This document shows, in pieces, positions 10,191-20,536 of a stretch of 64,000 nucleotides of DNA. The stretch covers positions 384,001 to 448,000 of IMG/VR virus record IMGVR_UViG_3300037067_027616. One strand, 5' to 3'. Below the pieces are notes generated by a model. That model ran no database searches. It saw only the letters and a list, made by a program, of their open reading frames with translations, and had not been told where the DNA came from. Origin of the DNA: a virus. Taxonomy: Duplodnaviria > Caudoviricetes. Position 1 is the first letter of the stretch, and the number at the start of each line of letters is the position of its first letter. The translations under genes were made by a program, and so were the position numbers.

Positions 10191-11027
10191 ATGGAGTGCG
10201 TCAAGACTGTACGTGACTTTGCGTTGAGGAATTCAGACGACCTCAAGCGCTTCATGGTGTTCAAGACAGGCATCAGGGACAGGGATATCATCATGGACAC
10301 CATACAGGAATTCTACGTCAAGTTGATCGAAACAAAGGCTCTTGAAACATACGACCCTGCCAAAGGGGCGTTCAAGACCTATATCATGAATCTTTTTTGT
10401 TGGCTGTTTCCGGTCCTTGCTAACCGGAACCACAATGTTAAGTACACCTTCCTCAGCTGCACAAAAGATCGGAATCATTCCGGTCAGTGGGATGGCGGGT
10501 ATACCGACATATTCGAGGATGTGGCGGCACCGGGTCGCAGTCCGTATGTCGAACACGTGGTCGATGGATCGTACATCTCATCCCATGTCACAGAGGATGA
10601 AGAACTCGAAACAGAAATAAGCATAAAGGAATTCGTTGAACACATCAAGCGCACACAGACTAAAAAGGCGGCAAGCCGTATCGTCCCGTATATCGAATAC
10701 AGGAATTGCGGATGCAACGGAGCAGATGTGGCCCAGATCCTTGGTGTGTCTAACAACATGGTCAAAATGATAAAAGAACGTACCAAGGTGAGTTTCGAGC
10801 AATGGAGAGGACACAAGATGAATACGGGTAAAAAGACGAAGCAGCTGACGTACGAACAGGTGGTCGATGAGATACGGCACGCCCAAGACATGATCACCAA
10901 ATACAACGCGGGGGACGTTTCCCTCCCGCACGGTTTCTCCTATAGGGACGTTGTCTTGAGGCTTAAGTACCTCAGGAACCGCCAGTCACAGCTTTCGAAG
11001 AAAAGACGTAAGCCAAAGTGTGACTGA
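10191..11027 (+). CDS. Sigma-70-like RNA polymerase sigma factor
   Basis: Region 2-like DTIQEFYVKL..YDPAKGAFKTY and region 4-like HTH ADVAQILGVSNNMVKMI. Confidence 0.7.
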   Translation: MECVKTVRDFALRNSDDLKRFMVFKTGIRDRDIIMDTIQEFYVKLIETKALETYDPAKGAFKTYIMNLFCWLFPVLANRNHNVKYTFLSCTKDRNHSGQWDGGYTDIFEDVAAPGRSPYVEHVVDGSYISSHVTEDEELETEISIKEFVEHIKRTQTKKAASRIVPYIEYRNCGCNGADVAQILGVSNNMVKMIKERTKVSFEQWRGHKMNTGKKTKQLTYEQVVDEIRHAQDMITKYNAGDVSLPHGFSYRDVVLRLKYLRNRQSQLSKKRRKPKCD

Positions 11028-11097
11028 AGTCACAGACGGTTCGGGTATTTTCAGGTACGATAGAGTGGTTGCACAAACCACACAAGGAGCGTGAAAG

Positions 11098-11889
11098 ATG
11101 AAAATCACATTTCTCGGTAGCGGGTCGGCGTTTTGCATGGACAATTGGCAGAGCAATATGTTGTTGGAGATGGATGCTTGCGAAGAATACCCCAAGGGCG
11201 TGAAGATGCTTTTCGACTGTGGCGGGGATATCCGTTGGTCACTACAGGAACACGGCATGAGCGCCACGGATATCGATGCCGTTTATGTATCCCATTTACA
11301 TGCCGATCATATTGGGGGCTTAGAATATTTAGCTTTCGTCAGCTACTTCGCCAAAACCGTGCGCGGGGAGATGAAGCCGAAGCTCATCGGTAACAGCCAA
11401 CTCCTCAGGGATTTGTGGACCAGCAGTCTTCGGGGTGGACTCAACTCGATACAGATGGTCGATGCAGGCATGGATACGTATTTTGACATTGTAGCCGTCC
11501 CAAACAGTGGCTCGTTCAAGGTCGGGGACACCTCCTTCAAAACCGTGCAGACGATCCACGTCATCGCAGATACGTCCTTCGTGAAGTCCTTCGGGTTAAT
11601 GATCACCCTGCCAAAAAATGGCAAGAAAATGTTCATAACGAGCGACACTCAATATGCACCTTCGCAATTGAACGATTTCATCAAAAGCGCCGATGTCGTC
11701 TTCCACGATTGCGAAACGAGCAAATACCCGTCAGGGGTGCACGCCCATTACAACGACCTTAAGGAACTCCCGGAGGAGATCAAAAGAAAGTTGTGGCTGT
11801 ACCACTATAACAACGTGAAAGACCTTCCAGACGCCAAGTCAGAGGGCTTCCAGGGGTTTGTAGAGAAGGGACAGTCATTTGAATTCTAG
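11098..11889 (+). CDS. MBL-fold metallo-hydrolase (RNase Z/phosphodiesterase-like)
   Basis: FLGSGS, DCG, SHLHADH, SDT and later His ligands. Confidence 0.85.
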   Translation: MKITFLGSGSAFCMDNWQSNMLLEMDACEEYPKGVKMLFDCGGDIRWSLQEHGMSATDIDAVYVSHLHADHIGGLEYLAFVSYFAKTVRGEMKPKLIGNSQLLRDLWTSSLRGGLNSIQMVDAGMDTYFDIVAVPNSGSFKVGDTSFKTVQTIHVIADTSFVKSFGLMITLPKNGKKMFITSDTQYAPSQLNDFIKSADVVFHDCETSKYPSGVHAHYNDLKELPEEIKRKLWLYHYNNVKDLPDAKSEGFQGFVEKGQSFEF

Positions 11890-12403
11890 GCCGTTCTACA
11901 CCGGCGTAGGCAGCCGTGACACCCCACCCGAAGTATGCCGGCGTATGGCAGAGATAGCGGGCTTCTTGGAACGCAAAGGTTACATCCTGCGCTCTGGAGG
12001 GGCTGCCGCCGCCGATACGGCATTCGAGTCTGGTGTTTCCGACCCGACCAATAAAGAGATATATCTACCGTGGAAGGGATTCAACATGAACCCCTCCAAG
12101 CTCTACGGGGTCAGCCAAGAGGCGCTTACTATGGCGGAAGGTTTTCACCCTGCCTGGGAAAGGTGCAGTACGGGCGCCCGGGAAATGCATGCCCGCAATT
12201 GCTACCAGGTTCTTGGAAGGGACCTTAAAACACTTTCGAAATTCGTCTTGTGTTGGACAAAAGGTGGCAAGGTTGTTGGGGGTACAGCGCAAGCCATGCG
12301 CATAGCGGCGTTTCACCACATCCCGGTGTTCAATCTTGCTATAGAAGCCCAGGCATCACTCATTGATGAGTGCATGAGAACCGACCAAATTTTTATTGCA
12401 TAA
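11879..12403 (+). CDS. SLOG/DprA-like nucleotide-binding protein
   Basis: YTGVGSR, LRSGGAAAAD, ARN, GGT motifs. Confidence 0.7.
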   Translation: MNSRPFYTGVGSRDTPPEVCRRMAEIAGFLERKGYILRSGGAAAADTAFESGVSDPTNKEIYLPWKGFNMNPSKLYGVSQEALTMAEGFHPAWERCSTGAREMHARNCYQVLGRDLKTLSKFVLCWTKGGKVVGGTAQAMRIAAFHHIPVFNLAIEAQASLIDECMRTDQIFIA

Positions 12404-12409
12404 AGGCCG

Positions 12410-12437
12410 TTAAAATATGGTGGCGAGTTGGTATATT
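12410..12437 (+). promoter_or_regulatory. Putative promoter TTAAAA-N16-TATATT
   Basis: Recurrent TATATT -10 box just upstream of ATG 12446. Confidence 0.45.
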
Positions 12438-12445
12438 AGTCTTGT

Positions 12446-13615
12446 ATGGCATCGGAAAACATAGACATAGACAGCCTTCTTGGGGCAATCCCGAAGGTAA
12501 ATGATACCCCGCAACCTGTGGTAGATACCGGGGTTGATTCATTACTGTCACGTTTATCTGTTTGGTCAGAAGGTTGCCGTGACGTGCCTGTTGATTTACG
12601 ACAACTTTCATTCAAATCTGATGATGGAAGCATGTGGTTAGAACTTCCAGAAGGTCACGTTCTTCGTAGGATTGACTTCAAACGTGACCCTGCCAACCCG
12701 AAGGACCCCAAAATTCTTCATTCACAAAAGCAGCTCTGCAGGGTACTCGGGATACCCCATGGGTTTTTCATGAATAACAGGCCCTCATTGAGGGAATCCA
12801 TGGTACGCACATGGCAGTCTGGCCTTGAAACCGATGACAAACGATCTAAATGCGTGGCACGTATAAGGGAGGGTGGCAACATTGTCATGCTCCGGGCATT
12901 GTTACCTGAAAGAGCCGTCCCGCCTCGTGTCCAAGATATTATAGGCACCGTCAATACTTGTTTTGGTAAATCAGTCCGGGTAGCATTCTCCCACGGCGAT
13001 GACAGAGACGATTTGATGCTCCATGCGAGATTTTTGCTTGGTGACAAAATTGTGACCAAGGACGGAAAAAATCTGTGCATTGGTTTCGACATTGTGTTTT
13101 CTGAACTCGGCGCATGTCCCATGACTGTTGATGCCATATTATGTGACGAAGAACATTCCGTAACGTATGTGGCTTCCTACGGTGGGGAACCATTCTTCTC
13201 CTCCAAGTACGAGGGCCTTCAGCCCAAAGAGGTAGCTGAGATGTTCCCGGGGCTGTTGACGAGGATACGTGCGGAAGTACCTGAGATGTCTGATGCTATA
13301 CAGTCCGCAAACGATGGAGTATATTCGGTGAAGCAGGACTGCGTTTTCATAACACGTGGCAAGGGCATAACAGCCGCCATGAGGAAATCAGTATTTCATG
13401 AGGTGACACAGGCGACTGATATTGTAACAAGGTTGGATCTCGCCAGGCATGTGTCATTGGTGGCAAAGGATTTTGACAGTTTGAAGGGGCTTGCCCTTGA
13501 AAGGGCGGCTGGTCGCTACATAAACCTATGCTTCGCGAGGTCGATGCCTGAAGCACAGAAGGAGAACACGGATGTCGGAAGCGCCGGAAAAACAGAAGAC
13601 CCTGTCGTTGGGTGA
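12446..13615 (+). CDS. Hypothetical protein, possibly DUF932-like
   Basis: QLCRVLGIP...LRALL pattern reminiscent of DUF932-type proteins. Confidence 0.5.
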   Translation: MASENIDIDSLLGAIPKVNDTPQPVVDTGVDSLLSRLSVWSEGCRDVPVDLRQLSFKSDDGSMWLELPEGHVLRRIDFKRDPANPKDPKILHSQKQLCRVLGIPHGFFMNNRPSLRESMVRTWQSGLETDDKRSKCVARIREGGNIVMLRALLPERAVPPRVQDIIGTVNTCFGKSVRVAFSHGDDRDDLMLHARFLLGDKIVTKDGKNLCIGFDIVFSELGACPMTVDAILCDEEHSVTYVASYGGEPFFSSKYEGLQPKEVAEMFPGLLTRIRAEVPEMSDAIQSANDGVYSVKQDCVFITRGKGITAAMRKSVFHEVTQATDIVTRLDLARHVSLVAKDFDSLKGLALERAAGRYINLCFARSMPEAQKENTDVGSAGKTEDPVVG

Positions 13616-14093
13616 GCGGGTAGATAAGCAGAACTTGCAGATCATCGTACAACGCGTGATGGCTGCGCGTAAGGTGATAGACGAGGCAAGGCTGACGGAC
13701 AAGGACGGCGTGAAATACGAGGAATTTACGCACAAGTGTAATGACGTGGAGTACGTGATCCGACCCAGCCACGTCACCATCGATGAGGTGGCCGCATTCG
13801 GAAGCAGCAAATGTAATGTTTGCTGGGGGAAGGGCTACAAGATTGTGAACCTAGCAAAAGTCACACTCAGAAGCCCCCATGACCATGTCATATTATCGAG
13901 CAGGCCTTTCGATGGACTGTCCGATGAGGACAAGGAAAAAGTAATAGATGAAGAGAAGAAGAGCAAAACATGGAGGGTGCTCCTTCCATGCGATTGCGCG
14001 GTGAAGGCTATTAGCAAGAAAGACAAGGATTTTTATGTGTCTAACGACCGGGCCATTATGTTCCGGGTCACATATGAAGAGAAGACAAAATGA
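13572..14093 (+). CDS. Hypothetical Zn-binding protein
   Basis: CNVCWGKG...CDC. Confidence 0.6.
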   Translation: MSEAPEKQKTLSLGERVDKQNLQIIVQRVMAARKVIDEARLTDKDGVKYEEFTHKCNDVEYVIRPSHVTIDEVAAFGSSKCNVCWGKGYKIVNLAKVTLRSPHDHVILSSRPFDGLSDEDKEKVIDEEKKSKTWRVLLPCDCAVKAISKKDKDFYVSNDRAIMFRVTYEEKTK

Positions 14094-14542
14094 CACCCGT
14101 TGATATGTTGGACATCCCAGGGAGTCCCGTAGCCCCAGATGCTGAGGCTATCGGTGATTGCTTCCGGGCTTGTGTCGCCAGCATCTTCGACTTAAAGGCT
14201 GATGATGTTCCTCATTTCTTGAGGATTGACAAAAAAGCCGGGTTTCATTGGACGTACACGCTTGACCAATGGTTGGCACCACAAGGGCTGTGGTATTGTG
14301 ATTTCCCGGCAGAGGACAAGACGTGGTCTGTCTTCGTCCCTAGTGATGGCATCTACGCCATAGCAAGTGGTGTTTCACCGCGTTATAGTAACCGTAGACA
14401 TTCCGTGGTGGTGAGGTTGCACCGATATGAAGGTGTGAAGATGGTACACGATCCACATCCGTCACGTGCAGGGATAGTCGATGGTAAATTTAAATATCTG
14501 GGCATGTTCATGAGCCGAAGATTCATATGCCGGGGAGTATAA
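14090..14542 (+). CDS. Hypothetical protein with possible papain-like Cys/His/Asp triad
   Basis: GDCFRACVASI...HSVV...HDPHP. Confidence 0.5.
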   Translation: MTPVDMLDIPGSPVAPDAEAIGDCFRACVASIFDLKADDVPHFLRIDKKAGFHWTYTLDQWLAPQGLWYCDFPAEDKTWSVFVPSDGIYAIASGVSPRYSNRRHSVVVRLHRYEGVKMVHDPHPSRAGIVDGKFKYLGMFMSRRFICRGV

Positions 14543-14543
14543 G

Positions 14544-16526
14544 ATGCAAGTGTCCGCTGACCTTCAAAACAAAATAGCCCAGCTCGAGAAGTATGATGAC
14601 GCCTACCATAATGGCAAGGCGATTATATCTGATGCTGCCTACGACTTGTTCAAGGACTCGATACTGCGTCAACTACCACCGGACCACGATTTGCTTTCGA
14701 AGGTGGGACACGCGCCAAGCAGTGCTTGGCCAAAGGAGAAGCATACCATCTTCATGGGTTCGCAGAACAAGGCGACCACCGAGGACGAAATAAAAGCATG
14801 GGTAAAGGACGCCCTTGCGCGCGTGGGAGTGAAGGCTGCCAAGTTCATATTGCAACACAAGTTAGATGGTTTCTCATTGGAAATGAAATACACCGCCTCG
14901 AAACTTTCGTCAGCGGTTACCCGCGGAGATGGCTCCATGGGGGAAAACGTCACCCCGAACGCGAGGCTTTTCCGTGGGGTACCTACCGTACTTCCCATCG
15001 CAAATACCCTTGCCGTAAGGGGAGAAGGCGTCATACCGAACAAGATGTATGCCGATTTGCAGAAGAAGGTCGGTGACAAATACGAGAACCCCAGGAACGC
15101 GGCCAGCGGTATAAGCAGAAGGTTGGATGGAAGTCATAGTACCTACATCCACGTAATAGCCTACGATGTCACCGGAAAAGCAAAGACGGAAACCGAGAAG
15201 ATCGAGGCCCTCAAGAAGCTCGGGTTCAACACAGTCCCTACCTATGAGTGTGAAACTGAAGGGGAAATCCTTTCCTGGTATCGCAAATTCAAGGCGGAAC
15301 GTGACAAGTTGCCCTACGCGATAGATGGCCTCGTGTTGAAATTTGACAGCATCGAACTGCAGGAAGTCGCCGGAGTAGAGAAAAACAAGCCCCTTGGTCA
15401 AGTCGCCCTAAAATTTGAGTCAGACCAGGCGCTTACCTCTGTAGCGGGTATAGCTCTTCAAGTCGGGCGCACGGGTAGGATCACACCCGTGGCGGAGTTC
15501 ACCCCGGTCAAACTCATGGGAACCACGGTAGCAAGGGCCTCTCTCCACAACTTCGATTACATTAAAGAAAAGTTTATCGGCATCGGCGCCGAGGTTACTA
15601 TCGAGAAGAGGGGAGACATCATACCCCAAATCGTAGAGGTCGTCAATCCTGGTAAGGGATACGATAAACCGGACACGTGTCCATCTTGCGGATCAAAATT
15701 GTATGACGATGGAGTCAACTTGTGGTGCTTTGGTGCACGGTGCCGTGACAGAGATGTGGCGCGTATTGCCTATTGGCTTGAAACAATCAATGTCAAAGGT
15801 TTTTCCGGAAGGTTCGTTGACACGTTGTATGGCATGGGGAAAGTAAAATCCGTCGCTGACCTTTACACGCTCACGGAGCAGGATCTTGCATCAGTGCAGG
15901 GCCTTGGTCAGAAAACCATTGTGACATTCTTGAAGGCCCTTAAGTCAACATCGGAGATGCACCTTTCCAAGTTCATAACCGCATTGGGGATATCTGGTTG
16001 TGCTACATCGACTGCGGAACTACTCATGGAGAAATTCGGTTCATGGGACGCCGTGTCATCCGCCAAGGAAGATGATTTGGTGAAGATATCGGGCATCGGT
16101 GATGTGTCCGCCGCGACACTCGTGGAGGGCGTGCGTGAAGTTGATGCCATGGCGCGGGACATACTCAAAGCCGTGAAAATCAAAAAGAAGGTGGACGGCC
16201 CATTATCAGGCAAGTCTTTTTGCGTAACGGGGTCGTTGGCATCGATGGATCGAAAGTCATTCCAGGAGTTTGTTATCGAGCGCGGAGGGACTGCAAAGAC
16301 GAGCGTTTCATCGGATCTCGGTTATCTCGTCACGAATGACCCTACCAGTGGCAGTTCGAAGAATGATAAGGCCCGGAAAATGGGTGTCAAGGTGATATCC
16401 GAGGATGAGTTCTTCAAGATAGCAGGCGGGCGCCCAGAAATACCTACGACAGGAAACTCTGAACCAGTGGCAGACAAAGGAGTTCAAATAATTACCGAGA
16501 GCCTTTTTGAGGATCCCGGCAAATGA
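14544..16526 (+). CDS. ligA: NAD-dependent DNA ligase
   Basis: KLDG adenylation motif, TRGDG, NPRNAA, QVGRTG, C4 Zn finger, HhH repeats, C-terminal BRCT (FCVTG). Confidence 0.95.
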   Translation: MQVSADLQNKIAQLEKYDDAYHNGKAIISDAAYDLFKDSILRQLPPDHDLLSKVGHAPSSAWPKEKHTIFMGSQNKATTEDEIKAWVKDALARVGVKAAKFILQHKLDGFSLEMKYTASKLSSAVTRGDGSMGENVTPNARLFRGVPTVLPIANTLAVRGEGVIPNKMYADLQKKVGDKYENPRNAASGISRRLDGSHSTYIHVIAYDVTGKAKTETEKIEALKKLGFNTVPTYECETEGEILSWYRKFKAERDKLPYAIDGLVLKFDSIELQEVAGVEKNKPLGQVALKFESDQALTSVAGIALQVGRTGRITPVAEFTPVKLMGTTVARASLHNFDYIKEKFIGIGAEVTIEKRGDIIPQIVEVVNPGKGYDKPDTCPSCGSKLYDDGVNLWCFGARCRDRDVARIAYWLETINVKGFSGRFVDTLYGMGKVKSVADLYTLTEQDLASVQGLGQKTIVTFLKALKSTSEMHLSKFITALGISGCATSTAELLMEKFGSWDAVSSAKEDDLVKISGIGDVSAATLVEGVREVDAMARDILKAVKIKKKVDGPLSGKSFCVTGSLASMDRKSFQEFVIERGGTAKTSVSSDLGYLVTNDPTSGSSKNDKARKMGVKVISEDEFFKIAGGRPEIPTTGNSEPVADKGVQIITESLFEDPGK

Positions 16527-16539
16527 TTGGGACATTCCC

Positions 16540-16779
16540 ATGTTGACCATCAATTTGAAATCCGGCAGGAGCATGAGTTTCAACCTCAAATCATTCGAAA
16601 GGGAGAAGGCTTTGCATGATGCCTGGTACTCAATGCATGGTGACCCCGTGTACGCCAACAAGAAGTTCCGGGTAATAACCATGGCTGGGGCAAAATTTGA
16701 GGTCGCCGTGGATGATATAACTTCGATGGATTTCCAAGAAGCGGAGTATTACAAAGTGTCCCCCGAGGAGGTAAGATGA
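16540..16779 (+). CDS. Hypothetical protein
   Basis: Fills the gap between ligA and the deaminase; ATGA overlap with the next gene. Confidence 0.55.
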   Translation: MLTINLKSGRSMSFNLKSFEREKALHDAWYSMHGDPVYANKKFRVITMAGAKFEVAVDDITSMDFQEAEYYKVSPEEVR

Positions 16780-17291
16780 GCGCGTTTAATATTCCTGATT
16801 GGGATACCTATTACATGTCCATGGCTTATTTGTGTGCCACGAGGAGCAAGGATCCTGACACACATGTTGGGGCTGTTATAGTAGGTCCGGACAATGAAGT
16901 TCGATCCACAGGGTACAACGGATTGCCACGGGACATGGACGATGACAAGCCGGAAAGGTTCGCCAGACCGGAGAAGTATTTGTGGTTCGAACACGCGGAG
17001 CGCAACGCAATATATAACGCGGCGCGAGTGGGAATACCACTGTTTGGGTGTCGAATATATGTATGTGGACTCCCGTGTTGCGATTGCTCCAGGGCTATTG
17101 TACAGTCTGGAATATCTGTGGTCGTTACCGACCACGATTGGGACGAGGCTGACAATCGACCCGAATGGAAGGTCAGCATCGGTAAATCGTTGGCCATGCT
17201 CAGAGAGGCCGGTGTATCCGTGAAGCATTGGCAGGGAGACATCGTGAAGGTCGTGCGCCTCCAAAGAGGCGTAAATTTAAGGGACACATGA
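16776..17291 (+). CDS. dCMP deaminase
   Basis: RSKDP, VGA, TGYNG, HAE, PCxxC. Confidence 0.9.
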   Translation: MSAFNIPDWDTYYMSMAYLCATRSKDPDTHVGAVIVGPDNEVRSTGYNGLPRDMDDDKPERFARPEKYLWFEHAERNAIYNAARVGIPLFGCRIYVCGLPCCDCSRAIVQSGISVVVTDHDWDEADNRPEWKVSIGKSLAMLREAGVSVKHWQGDIVKVVRLQRGVNLRDT

Positions 17292-17443
17292 AGTTTATCG
17301 TTAAAGTAGCAATGGTGTTTTTTGTGGTAACTTTTTCCGCATTGATGATGGTGGCGGTTTCCCCTGTTATTTTGCTTACCTTGTTCGATGAAACTATGCG
17401 ATTTTTATGCCCGCGCAACTACCAAAAAGGAGAGAAGAGATGA
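17288..17443 (+). CDS. Small membrane protein
   Basis: Hydrophobic stretch; ATGA overlaps at both ends. Confidence 0.5.
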   Translation: MKFIVKVAMVFFVVTFSALMMVAVSPVILLTLFDETMRFLCPRNYQKGEKR

Positions 17444-18324
17444 AGCTCAAGGATCTTGTGATCAGCCCATGCAACGTACGCCAACCACACGATGATGACG
17501 ATGTTGGGTTGCTTGCTGAATCCATCAAGGAGAATCATCTCATCAGCAAGCTTATACTCCGTAAGGGTAAGAAGGACAAGTATGAAGTCGTTGCTGGTCA
17601 ACGTCGTTTCAAGGCCATGATGAAAGCTTTTGGGGAAGATTATGACCTCAAGGATTCTGACTATGTCCTTAACGAGGATATGTCGGATGACAATGCTTTT
17701 TTGATGTCCCTTGAAGAGAACCAGCAGCGTCTTGGGCTTACCCCCATGGAATTGTGCCAAGCGGCGCTCAAGTTGAACCAAATGGGATTGAAGGATAAAG
17801 ACGTAGCCAACAAGCTTAACGTCACCGCGCACCGCCTCAAGAGGATACAAACGCTTCAACAAGATGCACGCAAGATGCCTGAAGCGGCCAGGGCGGAATT
17901 AAACAAGACCGTTGAAGAATCAAAATTTACGGACGCGCATTGGGACAAACTTCGCACCATCGAAAAGCCGGATGTCGTCAAGGATGCCGTCGACTACATC
18001 ATATCGCATGAGGCCCCTGCGAGGGACGTCCCAGGCATCGTGATGGGCGTGGAGAGGAAATACGAGGCTTCAGAAGGTGCCGAGAAGAGTGATACCGGGG
18101 GTAAGGCCTCATCCGCACCCACCCAAGAACCGGATACGGGGACGGCCGTCTACGAGCATAAAGGAGAACTGACGCTCGTGGAAAAAGACGGGAAGATGTC
18201 CTTCATGGTGCAAGGTAAAGGGGAGGATGAAGAAGTCCCCGTGGATCATTATCTTGAGTACCTTCGCAGGCCGGATAAGTTCAGGTGCCAGGTCAGTTTG
18301 AAGTTGAAGTTCTTCCCCTCCTGA
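17440..18324 (+). CDS. ParB/Sulfiredoxin-like N-terminal domain protein
   Basis: NVR...LAESIKE...VVAGQRRF...SLEENQQR. Confidence 0.85.
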   Translation: MKLKDLVISPCNVRQPHDDDDVGLLAESIKENHLISKLILRKGKKDKYEVVAGQRRFKAMMKAFGEDYDLKDSDYVLNEDMSDDNAFLMSLEENQQRLGLTPMELCQAALKLNQMGLKDKDVANKLNVTAHRLKRIQTLQQDARKMPEAARAELNKTVEESKFTDAHWDKLRTIEKPDVVKDAVDYIISHEAPARDVPGIVMGVERKYEASEGAEKSDTGGKASSAPTQEPDTGTAVYEHKGELTLVEKDGKMSFMVQGKGEDEEVPVDHYLEYLRRPDKFRCQVSLKLKFFPS

Positions 18325-18330
18325 TCATCA

Positions 18331-18369
18331 TGCACCGCAAGGCCTTGAAGTATTGGGCCTTGCGGTGTG
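18331..18369 (+). terminator. GC-rich hairpin after the ParB-like gene
   Basis: GCACCGCAAGGCCT / GGGCCTTGCGGTGT inverted repeat. Confidence 0.6.
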
Positions 18370-18447
18370 TCCTTCTGGTTGTAATACTCTACTATTCGAC
18401 AGACATAATCGGTTACATCAATCAACGCCACTGCATGGAGGCCCTGA

Positions 18448-19758
18448 ATGGCCGATTATTCTGATTTCACATCGATGGGTACCACTTACGATTTCAGCAA
18501 AGGTCCCAAGTCCCTGTACTATGCCAATGGGGATGAGGATCTGTTTGGTTTGGTCCTTAACGTCCCGCAACAGGACGATGACGATGAATGGGGCGGCACC
18601 GAGCGTATAGCCCATGAGAGGACCGCAGATGCCATAGGTAGCCTTCAGGAAATAGTTTCGGATCCTGCAGGTGGGGGCACCGGACTTGTGCAAAAGGTGG
18701 CGGCTCTTGAGGCTATAGTTCTCACCACCGTCCCGGAGATTGACCTAGGGAACGTAGTCGTCAGTGGTGACACGGAATCTATCACGATCGGAACTGATGC
18801 ACTCCTTGACGCCGAAACGCTTCAGCTTGGCGGGGCGACCGCATTCAGGATCGATGAGATTAGTGCAAACCGATATGACATCCTGTACAAAACGAACGAT
18901 GCTATACAATTTTTTGATGACCTGACCAACCCTACGGTGACCATCATCGTAGGCGCAAGTAACTACATTTTCAGTCAGACTTCTTTGACGGTGCCTGGGC
19001 TCTCAATGTCCGGTGACCTTACGGTGTCGGGTGATATCTCTGGAACCAACTTGGCTATTAGCGGTGACGCTGAAATTACCGGGGACATATTGCCGGGTGC
19101 TCCGATGGGTAATATAGGTGCGCCAGCCGTTGATGCCCGTTGGGAAAACGTTTATGCCTTGAATGGAAACTTCTCCGGCACTTTTGCAATAAACGGAGTC
19201 ACTACCCTTAATGACGTTTTGAATGTTACAGGTAACGTGAATGTCACAGGGGATATAGAGGTTACGGGGGACGTCCTTCCTGTTGATGCGGTAAGAAACC
19301 TCGGGGCACCCGCAGTCGATGCCAGATGGCAGAATGTGTACGCTCTGAATGGAAGCTTCTCCGGTGCTATGGCTGTATTGGGCGATATTTATTCAGTGGC
19401 TTTCGTAAGCTACACTTCGACTTTGACAGGGTGGACGGTTGCTACAAACACGTTGTATTACAAAAAGATAGGCAAAACGGTGATTGTGCACGTCTACATC
19501 ACAGGAACGTCAAACAGTGCCACGGCAAATTTCACTCTCCCTGTCGCGATGAACACGTCAGTGACACCGTTGTATTTTGCTCAAGCGGTGGCCGTTGAAG
19601 ACGGCACCACGCCCCTAGCTCCCCCGGGGAGTATCATATTGGTCCCGTCTATGTCGAGCACGGTTGCTTACTGCGGAAAAGACATGTCTGGTCCTGGCAA
19701 TTTCACCGCCAGCGGTTCAAAAAGCATCACAGGAACATTGATATACGAAGCGGCATAA
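18448..19758 (+). CDS. Tail fibre/spike-like virion protein with internal duplication
   Basis: Repeated (V/I)(S/T)GD/GN beta motifs; two copies of GAPAVDARWxNVYALNGxFSG; C-terminal YKKIGKTV..ANFTLP fibre-tip pattern. Confidence 0.7.
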   Translation: MADYSDFTSMGTTYDFSKGPKSLYYANGDEDLFGLVLNVPQQDDDDEWGGTERIAHERTADAIGSLQEIVSDPAGGGTGLVQKVAALEAIVLTTVPEIDLGNVVVSGDTESITIGTDALLDAETLQLGGATAFRIDEISANRYDILYKTNDAIQFFDDLTNPTVTIIVGASNYIFSQTSLTVPGLSMSGDLTVSGDISGTNLAISGDAEITGDILPGAPMGNIGAPAVDARWENVYALNGNFSGTFAINGVTTLNDVLNVTGNVNVTGDIEVTGDVLPVDAVRNLGAPAVDARWQNVYALNGSFSGAMAVLGDIYSVAFVSYTSTLTGWTVATNTLYYKKIGKTVIVHVYITGTSNSATANFTLPVAMNTSVTPLYFAQAVAVEDGTTPLAPPGSIILVPSMSSTVAYCGKDMSGPGNFTASGSKSITGTLIYEAA

Positions 19759-19780
19759 ATAAAATGAAAGGAACATCCAC

Positions 19781-20191
19781 ATGGAGATCAAAATCAGAAA
19801 TGGTTTTTTGGTAAAGCCTGAGTTTCTGCAGCTTGTCGAGCGACTCCTACAGACGAGGCCCATGCCGGCGAAGGCATGCCTCGACATAAACGCAGCCATC
19901 GACAAGATGACTTCGCAGATCAACACGATACGCCGCACGCGCAATGACATCATAATGAGATACTGTGTGAAAGATAAAGACGGTATCCCGGTAACCGATG
20001 GAAACAAGTACACGTTCCCGGATGACAAAGCAAAACAGGTGTGCTTCAAGGAAATAGGCGATGTGGAGAAAGAGTTCTTCACCGTGGATATCTTGGAGCA
20101 GATAACTATGTACGATGACGAAACAATCACCCCTGTTGAATTGCGGGTGTTGGGCGACCTCGTAAAGGTCGTTGAAAGGCCGAAAGCATGA
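19781..20191 (+). CDS. Hypothetical protein (possibly tail-associated)
   Basis: ORF with RBS, follows the fibre-like gene. Confidence 0.6.
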   Translation: MEIKIRNGFLVKPEFLQLVERLLQTRPMPAKACLDINAAIDKMTSQINTIRRTRNDIIMRYCVKDKDGIPVTDGNKYTFPDDKAKQVCFKEIGDVEKEFFTVDILEQITMYDDETITPVELRVLGDLVKVVERPKA

Positions 20192-20511
20192 ATTCTCTAA
20201 AGGTTAAGGAAGCAGTGGATCACGCCAAAAAGGTTTCAGAGGCTTATGGTGTCAACATAGTCAAAGAAACCATTGAGTTGTTGAAAGAAGCCTCCGAGAT
20301 GATCGACAAGGATGATGAAAATCTTTCAACCTTGGCGGATGTTTGGTATGATGCGGGTGATAGTATCCTGAGGAGAGCTTTTCTCGGCACCGAGGGACAC
20401 ATGAGTTCCAAACAATCGGTAGTGATGAAGGCGGAGTGCAAGACTCTGGCGGAAGTCCTTTCCGAGGAGTTTGATACGGTTGAGGAGATAGAAAAAACCT
20501 TAGGGGGTTGA
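20188..20511 (+). CDS. Hypothetical protein
   Basis: ATGA-coupled ORF. Confidence 0.6.
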   Translation: MNSLKVKEAVDHAKKVSEAYGVNIVKETIELLKEASEMIDKDDENLSTLADVWYDAGDSILRRAFLGTEGHMSSKQSVVMKAECKTLAEVLSEEFDTVEEIEKTLGG

Positions 20512-20536
20512 CATCCTTCAGGTTTTGGTATATATT
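20508..20536 (+). promoter_or_regulatory. Promoter TTGACA-N17-TATATT
   Basis: Perfect -35 box and 17-bp spacing. Confidence 0.75.

Noticed and set aside
7580-16526. Inteins or introns in polA, the helicases or ligA
   Set aside because: Catalytic motifs are normally spaced, with no intein splice signatures or frame interruptions.
18448-19758. Diversity-generating retroelement acting on the fibre gene
   Set aside because: There is no reverse transcriptase in the window, and the internal duplication differs at synonymous sites rather than only at adenines.
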